From Chrysemys picta bellii (taxonomy: Eukaryota): a stretch of DNA of 64,000 nucleotides. Where the stretch lies: positions 930,001 to 994,000 of the forward strand of contig NC_088814.1 of the NCBI RefSeq assembly GCF_011386835.1, in the 5' to 3' direction. Shown here in pieces: positions 23,401 through 38,600 of the stretch (within the stretch, counting starts at the first letter, position 1; the number at the start of each line of letters is the position of its first letter). Under the pieces are notes generated by a model, which saw only the letters and a program-made list of their open reading frames with translations, was not told the DNA's origin and did no database searches. The translations under genes were made by a program, and so were the position numbers.

Positions 23401-26400
23401 TGGGGAAGCAGGCAACAGCACATATCTTACCTTAAGGAACCCATCAAGTTCTAACAACTTCTTTGGGAAAAAATTCGCCACCAAATCTTCAGCCTGAATG
23501 AGAAAGAGCAGCAGATGGTTACACGAGAGCAGTGCCCCAGGCTGCCCTCACCTCTGCACTTAGCCAGCACGCAAGGACACTGTGGAAACCAAGGCTACTA
23601 CAAAAGGCCAAGCGTACAGCTCTGTTCAAAGCCGGGGGGAGGCCGGGTGAAATGGGGGGGGGAGAGGAAGGAACCTCAGAGGGAGTCAAACTCTCCCACC
23701 TGAAGGCGGAGGAGTCTTGGCAGCCCTCCACTCTGCCAAGGCTTTGGAGAACAACAGGGCTGCAGACTCTCCACACTCAGGGAGTGACTGAAGTGCCGAC
23801 TGCCAGCAAGGAGCCTGCAAAGAAAGGTTCTGCTGCACCTCAGAGATCATAGCACAGTCCAACAGAAAGCTAGATCCCCACATGGCATTCACTCTGCCCC
23901 CAGGTTCCATTCTGAGCAGATGGGTGAGGACACTTACCTCACTTGTGATCCGCTCCCTGAAAGAGTCAACCTAGAAAAGAGGAAAACAACAGCTCAGAAT
24001 AACTGCTCCCAAACAGCACAGTTCACAGACAGCCTTAGTTCTTCCTGATCTAGCAGCCCAGGTGTGCCAGGCACTGGGCCAGAGGCAAAGCGCTACATAT
24101 TCCACAGCTACAGAACTCATCCCCTGCCTCGGAGCTGGACCCCAAATTCCAGCTCTCTTAGAGGTATACATTGTTGCATTCCTGAGGGCTAGCCTGAAAA
24201 CCAGAACGAGAGGTAACTGACCCAGGGTCATTTGCCTGTCTGCAGACAGCCTCAAACAATAGCGGAGAGGAGTGAGCTGACCTACTCATCTTCATGGGCT
24301 TGCATGGAAGCAGGAAGGGGACAGTGTGAGAACTGGAAATGCAAGGCCTGCATTAAAAACGGAACTCTAGCCTAAAATTAAGCAGTGGGGCCACTTCCTG
24401 ATCATCCTAGCCATGGCATATTGAATCCAATAAGAAACCCTGTTTTCAGAATGTATCTGAAGCTCCCAGAGTCTCCTAAGTGCCCAGAATTTGGGGCCCT
24501 TGATGCAGAATTTAGGTCCAGTTTGCCCTGCAGCACACACAGCCTCAGCATCGGGTAAATGGCCCCTTTACAATGGAGACCCAGGGTGAGAATGATACTG
24601 TAGAGGGGCAGGTGGCCACACAGCAGCCTCTCCAACACCTTCCCCACCAGGCCAACGGGAAAGATGACAGAGCTTTATAGGATGTCAGTATTACCAACTG
24701 CTGAAAGGCCTCCAGACTCGATATTCCAGGCAGAAGCGGTTACTCCAGGACAGGCTCAGACTCAGCAACCTCAGTAAACAGAGCCCACGCTGGCAGTGCA
24801 GGGACAGCAGGTCTAACATTCCCCATCCCAGTGCTGCCACCATTGGGGATGGAGAACACAGCAAGCTGCCGTGCAGGCGAAGCACAACCAGAGGCTGAGG
24901 TTGCTGCTGTTAGATCGACAAGGCAAAAAGTGCACTCCAGAAGGTCCCCATGAAGCCTCAGAAACATGCACATTATGCTAGTGAGATCTGTGGAGCACTC
25001 CTGGACTGGAACGGAGGCCACCACCAGCCGAACTTCTCAGGGCCACCCTAAATACTCATTGTCAAGTGCTACGGCTAATTATGCCGAGCCCTTCTCCTTT
25101 ATCTGGCTGTTAAGCTGACTTGGTCAAATGCCTAACGCCGGGCTTGATTGATCATAAAGCAGAAATGCAGTGGAAGAACAGAGGAATTGCACCACCTCAC
25201 AGGCATGCACATTGCAAGACGTATTCCTTTTGCTTAGCTTTAGGCCAAGTGGGTTTTTATTCTTACTCCGGACACTTCTTTTGCTCCTGAGGTCTGAAGG
25301 ATAGTGAGAGCTCTCACTGTTCACTGAGGGGGTGGAGAGTCTGGTAATAACTGATAACTTGCATAAGAAGCCCATGGTTGCCGTAGCAGTAAACGCTATC
25401 AGTTACTGAAATGTTTTGCCCTTGTTCTCACCTCACGTAAGGGTCCCATCAATTCAGTCCCTTTCTCTGGGGAGAGAGGTGGGCATGCTCCCCAACAGTG
25501 AGAGGATTTGTTGGTTGCCACCAAAAAACCGGAAACTCAACATTCCCTGGCTCAAAACCACAGGACTGCAGAGTAACAGCGAGGGCAAGAATCTGCAGAC
25601 AGGTGCAGTCTGGTTATTGAAAGGGGCATCGCCAACCTGAAGGCTAGTCCATTTAAAATACAAGTAGTTTGGGGTCCTACACATGAACTTCAGCCCCTTG
25701 CCAATTTGGGGGTTGATGACCACTTTTCTTATTTCTTTAAAAAACATTTTACTCTCATGTTGCTACATGACTGACCCACACACAGGGAACCTCAATATTT
25801 CCATTTTTATAACCTGAGGTGTTGCTCTGACAATAGAAGGTGCAATACATTGCAGTCAGAGGCAAATCTGAATTTGACAGTGCCCTTACGAGTATTTCAG
25901 AGAACAATCTAAAGCCTCTCTGAATGCAGGGCCGGCTCCAGGCACCAGCTCAGCAAGCAGGTGCTTGGGGCTGCACGTCCGGCTCCGAAGAACGAAGCAG
26001 CGGCGGTAGTGCCGCAGATCGCGACTTTTTTTTGCGCTGCTTGGGGCGGCAAAACCCTGGAGCCGGCCCTGGCTGAAGGGGGTGACTTGGAGCAGGCAAA
26101 GGGTTTTCCAGACTCGGACCTATTCTAGAGCAGACTGTGCAGCATGAGAGCCCAAATCTACCATCTGAGAGGTGCAATAAACAATAACTGCATCGTTCAT
26201 CTGGCCCCACAGACCTGACTGTTAATTACAACAGAAGTGACCCCAGTGACAATCCCCCCCCCAACATTCTGCCCCAATCCCCAGGCTTAGGCAAGTGTTC
26301 CCACACTGTAGGCATCTCACCTAACAGGCTGCTCCTCAGAGGAGTGAATTCCTTGACAAAGCAGCAAGACATTTAACACCTGCTGTCATTATCTACTACG

Positions 26401-27480
26401 CAAAAACGAAAAGTAGCAAGCGAAGGCACATGGCCACCCAGCCTGAGCAACAGGGCAGCGGGATATTCAAGGTCTATCTACGCTGCAGCCCTGCCACCAT
26501 AACATTGTAGTGTGGACACTTTCTACTTTGACCGAAAGAGTTTTTCTGTTGATGTTGTTAATCCAGCTCTCGGAGAGGCGGTAAATAGCTAGGCTGATGC
26601 TGCATCTACACCGAGGGTTAGATCGACCTAACTACGGCACTCAGTGCACAAAATTTCACAGCCTAGTTTTTAAGTGTAGACCCCTCAGGGACCTGTACGC
26701 TGCAGGGAAAGCGGGACCCAAGCTCGGTGCGACTCTGGCAGGTGCAGCAGGCTGGAAATTCTCAGGCAGAGTCACGACAAGTAAGATGAAGGTCAGCACT
26801 GAATGAGATGCAGCCACTGAATCAGCCCCTCCCGCAGGGTTCGTCATTTGGCCACCAACTAAGCTGTATCTTACGGCCATGTACGCCCGCATCCAGCAGC
26901 GCTGGGGACAGAGGTAGTGCTAGCCCATTGGGGACCCTAAGCAGGAATATTTTGTGCCCCCCCAACATATGCTAGAAAAAGCAAATGGGGGCCCCCTGAG
27001 CTGCTCGGGGCCCTATGGAATTGCTTAGTCTACTCATGCTGGGGACAGCGAGGACACTGCCAAGTATCAGGGTACAGGAGAGGCTGCCCCACCCGCAGGC
27101 GGGCTGGGATTTGCAGGCACGGGGGGGGGGGGTTGCTGCGGTGACTGGGGGGCACTCGAGGAAAGGAGCAGGTTTGACCTGTCATCGTTAGGCTTCAGCG
27201 TCAACGACGCCACCGGCCCCCCCCGCCCGATCCCTCCACCGCTCCTCGGGCAGCGGGCGGCGAAGAGGGGCACGTGGGGGGGGTCGGGGCAGCCGCATGA
27301 GGGGACCCGGGGGGGGGCGGGGCTGGGCCGGGGGGACACGTGGGGGGGGGATCCGGGCCGGACGGGGGGGAGGGGCCCGTGGGCGGGATCCGGGCCGGAG
27401 GGTACGGGGGGGGGGGAGGGGCCCCGGGGCATCGCTACCTTTAGCTTCACTTCCGGGTCCACCTTGAGCAACGAGGCCAT
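17412..27480 (-). CDS. PSME3: Proteasome activator subunit 3 (PA28-gamma), 11 coding exons, 254 aa
   Basis: Exons 27480-27439, 23970-23938, 23493-23431, 23016-22912, 22610-22562, 22019-21907, 21290-21222, 20564-20497, 20331-20277, 18117-18031, 17492-17412; all GT-AG, total 765 nt; MASLLKVD...RPRSSNAETLY*. Confidence 0.98.
18210..20030 (-). mobile_element. Degraded CR1 LINE in PSME3 intron 9
   Basis: Minus-strand RT remnant ([26 protein letters not shown]) and CR1 3' UTR-like sequence; ends approximate. Confidence 0.85.
25927..26071. mobile_element. Non-autonomous hAT-type MITE (family A, copy 3, internally deleted)
   Basis: TIRs CAGGGCCGGCTCC / GGAGCCGGCCCTG; degenerate TSD TCTGAATG vs GCTGAAGG (6/8). 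Confidence 0.8.
26470..26685. mobile_element. Degenerate Harbinger-like MITE
   Basis: Imperfect inverted ends GGTCTATCTACGCT / AGTGTAGACCCCT resembling the GTCTACACT/AGTGTAGAC turtle MITE class; assignment from recall. Confidence 0.45.
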
Positions 27481-27559
27481 GGCGGGGGGGCTGGGCCGGG
27501 CGCCCCCTTGTCTCGCTCTCGCTCGGGGTCTCACTCGCGCCCGTCCGAACCACCGGCTT

Positions 27560-28030
27560 CGCCGCCGCCGGAACTGACCTCACAATAGCCGCCGCCAATC
27601 CGTGAGCTCGCCTTCCCCGCGTGACCATTCTTCCCGGCGCGCATGCGCCGCACGCGGAGCCGGGCCCCAGAGCAGCAGCGAGGGAGCGAATAAAAATGGC
27701 CGCCTCAGCCTTTCCCCCGCCCGCCCGCACGACTTCCGGCCCCCGCATGACGTCATGGCGCCGGCGCAAGACTGGAAGCCGTAGGTCCTGGTTGGTTAGC
27801 GGAGCAGGAGCTTTGATTCGCTCTTATAAAGTGTGTGTTTTATCTTCCAGGACCCGCAAGGGGACTGCCTCCGCCGTGGCCCCCGGCAGCAACAGCCAGG
27901 AACGGGGGACCCGTCGAGGGGGGGGGCAGAGGGGGCCAGGGAGACCCCCGGGGGATGGGGCGGCCCTAGAGTTACCCATGGTGGTTGGACGCATTCCTGG
28001 AGATGTCATCACATGACGTCATCTTTAATA
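27560..28030 (-). promoter_or_regulatory. PSME3 CpG-island promoter
   Basis: CpG-rich; perfect NRF1 palindrome GCGCATGCGC (27639-27648), YY1 AAAATGGCCGCC (27693-27704), ETS ACTTCCGG (27732-27739), CRE TGACGTCA (27748-27755 and 28014-28021). Confidence 0.75.
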
Positions 28031-29045
28031 CAAGATGGATCTTTATCTCCTGGCGGGTCCAGGCCAATCCTGGAGGGTTGGCAACCTACGGGCCAGGGAG
28101 ATGGTTGCCCTGGTGACCGTGGCATGGGTGCACTGAGCGCCCACCCCCTCGCCCTGACACTGCCTGCACCTCCCCCCACAGCGCCACAGGCCTCTGCTTA
28201 GGGCACTCGCACGTGGCCGTTGTTGCCACTCCCGGTAATGGGCACCTCATGGGACGAGTCGAGCAGTGAGCGACCCGCCCTGGGTGCAGCCGGATGCTAA
28301 CGAGCCCGCAGCCACAACAGCAAAGCACGTGCGGGGCAGGGAGACCCCTCTCGGGGAGGAAGGGGTCTGGGTGTGAGTCTATTAACAGCCAAACATCAGA
28401 TCTAGGAAACTGGCATTGGGATCCCCCAGTGTGCGTGTGAGAGTCAGAGGATGTATGATAGTCCGAGAGCGGCTGTCCATCCCTTCTCTCTGCATAAAGG
28501 GGTGCCTATGGGGATAGAGGGCACTTATGGCCATAGGTGGATTCCATTCTCTGTAGTAATTGGCCTGTTCCACAGGCAGGAAATGCCTTCTATGGGAGAG
28601 ATGCACAAGCCTCTGCCCCTGGCCTTTGACCCTACGTTGGAGGATGAGTTTTAACTCACTAGTGGGCATGGTTGGAATGAGCCTGACTGTGGACCAGGCT
28701 CCTCCAAAGGGCGTGAAACCGTTGGTCAGGGCAGGCCAAGGGCTGAGGCCCTGCCTGCGCGTTTACCCACCCTGACTTGGTCGGTTTCTGATGACAGTGG
28801 CAAGATGTTGGTGTGAGCCAGGGATAAACAGCAGTGTCTGTGAAGTGCTGCCGAGAGCACCATCAACCCCCGGGAGCCGCACACCGACCCTTCGGGGGCC
28901 TTCGAACCCAGGCCCGAACCCATGGTGGTGCTCTGACAACACCGTCCAGGCCTACCCCACTGCACCCCCATGCTGCCCCCTCGCCTGCTGGCTCCTCCCT
29001 GCACCACACTGCCCCCTTCCCTGCTGGCTCTTCCTCCCCCCCGCC

Positions 29046-29167
29046 GAGGGTGACCAGATGTCCCCATTTTATAGGGATGTCCCGATTTTGGGGGTCTTTT
29101 TCCTATATAGGCTCCTATTACCCCCCACCCCGTCCCGATTTTTCACATTTGCTGTCTGGTCCCCCTA
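29046..29167. mobile_element. Short hAT-type MITE between the PSME3 and BECN1 promoters
   Basis: Inverted ends AGGGTGACCAGA / TCTGGTCCCCCT; 8-bp TSD CCCCCGCC on both sides. Confidence 0.8.
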
Positions 29168-29289
29168 CCCCCGCCACACTGCCCCCTCCCCTGCTGGCTC
29201 CTGCTGGTTTCCCCAGACTGCTCCCCGGCCCTGCTGCCGTCCCCCCGCGGCCCCCATTAGTCCCCCTTCCCGCTAGGGGCGCTGCAGGC

Positions 29290-34453
<5,164 letters not shown>

Positions 34454-35050
34454 CTGAATGTGTGTGAAGAACTTGTCCTGAGGGCTAGAGAGTATCTGCT
34501 TTTTTTTTCTTCTCGAGAATGTCATAAATTGTCACTTAATATTAACCAATACAACATGTTTACAAGACCAAAAATCCACAAGACACTTTAAAATTTAATT
34601 TGACAAGTAGTGCATAGAAAAGCAATATGTAAAATTGTACTGTTGAGCAGAACTGAATATAATTCAGCTCTTTATGAAATAGCTAGTTAGCAAATATCTG
34701 GGAGTTTTATAGACAAGTCAGAAACTTGCTGTACAGCACCAGTAGGTATCTGATATAATCTCATTACAATTTAACAGAGAGTGCAGTTAGAAAGATGAAA
34801 TATTAGTGACACAGTGAGAACTGTGTTGTGGGCAAAGCCTATGGAACCTCTGCCTGATCACCCTAAATGTTGACTAATGCTTGAAACTTAGTATCTTCTC
34901 TTTAAATCAGAACTGATGAGCACTTAACTTGGTGCCATTGAACTTTATTGGGGGTTTGATATTGTTTAAAACATTGCCAGCTATTTAACTATTTGTAACA
35001 AATATTTCCTGCAGCCTGTTACTGCACAAAGGTGCACTAAATAACACTGT

Positions 35051-35056
35051 AATAAA
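35051..35056 (+). terminator. BECN1 polyadenylation signal AATAAA
   Basis: AATAAA about 600 bp after the stop codon, followed by T-rich sequence. Confidence 0.7.
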
Positions 35057-35697
35057 ATACTTTGTATTCTAGACAAATTGAGTGCTTCCATTCCACATAT
35101 ACTTAACCACAGCATGGCATCCTGTGTACTGGTATGTAGATTCCATCCAAGTAAGATTTAAATCAAGCTTTCAAAGCAGCTGGTGCTTGATTTGACTTGC
35201 ATTTCCGTGTTAACACTGGCAGACTACCTAACTGGCTTTCTTTTTGAGCTGTGGGGAAACTAGATCTGGGGGGAAGAAGGAAAGGAATATAGGAAGGAAC
35301 AACCTTGAGATTGTCTTGAACAGTTTACAGTCACTGCTTCTGCACAACAGCCACTGTGTGAAGAAAGCCTGGCCCGGCTTGTAGCACTTGTACACAGTAA
35401 AACGGTTTGTAGACTTATTGCTGCCATTTCTATAACCATTTTTCCGAAAGCAAAACACTTCACAATGGCAGCGTTTTACTCCGATGTCACTACTTCAGTA
35501 TAGGGGATAGTTTGCAAAGGCCAATTTTAACAGTTTTAAATGCCATATTTGACAGCTACTACATAGCAATTAAACAAAAGTTCATCCTACATGAGTTACA
35601 AATCAAAACCACCTGCATCTATTACAGAAGGTTAGTGGCTGGAACATGGCTTTGAGGACACCGATACATGGGAAAGGTTGCAGTAGAAAAGCCAAGT

Positions 35698-38600
35698 TTA
35701 TTTTGTAGGAGATATAACATAGTTCTCTGAAGATCTAGTTCCTTTGTTCTTCCTTGGATTAGTGGTGCCAACACTGTGCTTCAGTATTGCATATGAAAAC
35801 TCTAAAATGCTTTGTGTGGTAATACCAGTGATGCAGTTTAAATGCTCCACAACCTTAAAAAAAAATCTTCCTTATTTTGGGCAACAGAGCAGTAGTTCTA
35901 GATCTTAAATCTTTGAGTATTTGTAAAGGAAAACAAAAACATGATTATAGTCCACTCTATGGCTCCAATACTGTGCTATCTAGCTGCTACGGGAATACAA
36001 ATACATAAAAAAAAACACTAGCCCTCTGTAATTAGCCAGTTGAGGATCCTCTTAGTGGAATCTTTCTCCCTTACAGGGGAGGAATTTTTTTTTTTTTTTA
36101 AGCAACTAACTGCTTCTGCTGTGAGAGGACAATTTTAAATAGGACCTCTCTTTTATATTATAAAACACAGGCTGGCTGTTGCGGGGAGATTGGTGCCTTG
36201 TGGGATTACTCTCTCCCCCCCCCACCCCTTCTGCCAATGGAAGCCTTTGGATACAGCATGTTCTAGGAGTAAGAAAGCTGCAGGCTTCTCAGAATAGGTT
36301 TGCAAAGTAATGAGACACTCGTGTTAAATTCCCAACCTCCCCTTGCCCTGCAGTACTAATATATTAAAGGACTCCACCTTTAATATACTCCCAGTGCAAC
36401 ACACCTGTCTCCCTGTACTCCGTAAACAGTAAAAGATGCAAAAAAAATTTAGTTCGTGTAAGCCTAAGAACTGCACTGTGTATTTCTTGTCTAGCAGTAC
36501 CTGATTCCAGTATTCAGGATTTAGTATGAAACCGCTTGTGCTGATGATGCCAACTGCCAAGAGCATGAAATCTTCCTTTACTGGCAAAAATTTTGCTCTG
36601 TATAATTAAAACAGTAATAGCTGGTTTAAAATGAAGCTGTTCTGTATTTCAATAGCTAAGTGTTGTAGTATTGATACTGTGTATTTGGAGGTAAACAATT
36701 TTAGTGGCATTTTAATGTACAAAACACACGTACAAATTAACACTTTTAAAAGCCACTTCGGGCTGATACTAATATCTTCAACTTAAAGTCCAATCTCCCA
36801 CTACTTAACTGATTTGTTTGGCTACGTTTTCTTAAAGATAAGAGAGATCCTCTCAGTCTGCCTATTCTACAGCAAAGTTGCTGAAGCGTTTTGACTTTTC
36901 ACTATTCTGCAGATGGAGAAAGATGCAGTGCACCCAGGATGACAAACAGTCTTTGTCAGAGCTGTGATCAAAACTTGGCAAATTAAGTTAGTCTTACTTA
37001 GAACCGATTATTCCCAAATACTACTTACTATGGACACTTTGTATACTACTTGACATTTCATAGAATTAGCAACTTAAATCCAGAATCCTCAGTCCCGATG
37101 TGACGAACTGGGCCTGTTCTCACTGTGGTCTGTGGATGCTGACAGGGGAGTGTGCTGGGATAGTCTGCATTGGAGGATGGGATCGGCCCGGGGGCGCATT
37201 CCTGGGAGTGTAACATGAGAACCCAGGAAGGGGTTGAAGGCCAGGTGACTCCTTAGCCCGGGAAACTGAACAAAGGCTGTGGGAGGGGTCGCTGAAGGCA
37301 GTGTGCTGGAAGCAGGCTGGAGAGATGGCTGGGAGACAGAGATGGCTCTGACCCCCCCCGAAGGGGGGCGGGCTGGGATGCCCTGGGACCCCAAGCTGGA
37401 CTTAACTGAGGGGGTCCTGTTGTCTGTGCCTGCAAGACCTGTCTTGGACTGTATTCCTGTCATCCAAATAAACCTTCTGCTTTACTGGCTGGCTGAGAGT
37501 CATGGTGAAGCGCAGGAAGCCGGGGGTGCAGGGCCCTGAGTCCCCCAATACTCCGTGACACCCAGATTCTTAGTTCACAAAGAATGGTCTGTTGAGTTAT
37601 ATTGCAAATAACTGTGACTTGTATTTTCTCAGTACACTAAGCACTTTTTCTAATCTGTATCTGCTGTATCATAATGTGTCAAATAGACAACTATGAAACT
37701 GAAACAGATGGATGGTAAAGGCACAAGAATATGTGACCCTCACAAGCTTTTTCCCTCCCCTCTGAGCATAAAATCAATACTAGTTCAAATGTGTTCCGGG
37801 ACATATACTTACATCTGGAGTTCATTCGGTGTTGAATTCTCAATAGAAATCTTCAGTAAAGTATCATAGATGATGTTCCGCATGAGATAAGTTAAATCCA
37901 GTAGGTGCATGCACATCTTATGCAACTGTTTCATAGGAAGTAAGCAGCCATTATGTCCTAAAGTGGAGATTATACATGGTCAGCTATATATTTTCTGATC
38001 CATAAAACTAATTATGAAAAATATTAGCCATTATGACCAAGGCAGTTTTGTGTATTGAGTTGTTTATGGCTAAGATTTTCAGTAGTGACCACTTTAAGGT
38101 GCGGTACCCAAAACTTGAGATTCCATAAAAGGGTCTGACTTTGCTCAGCAATTTCTATCAATCAGGCCCCTTTAAAGGATCTCAAGTAGGACACCCAAAA
38201 AAAATCACAATTCACGTTGGAAAAATTGTGGCCTTATATAACTACTTTTAATAAAAATATTAGTCTTATAACAACATCTTGCCAAACAGCCAAAAGACCA
38301 GTTCCCCAGATGCATTTCTTCTTGGACGCTAACTGCTGGGCTCCTCGCTCGGTGATGTGTAAAGCTTCTTGCTTGTGTCAGTCAATGGTGGAAGGCTCTT
38401 GTGCAGATTTCTATCATTTAACAGGTAAAATGAGGCCTAGGAAACACCCCAGAGTAGGGAGAACACTTTGAAGCTTTGGGCTTTCCATTAATAATAACCA
38501 CACGGGTGAGTTTCTCTCTGTCACTTCATGCTTGATTTTACCTCGACAACAAGCCATTAATCTGAGATTGTTTGTTTCAGAGTCTAGTGGTAACTGCATT

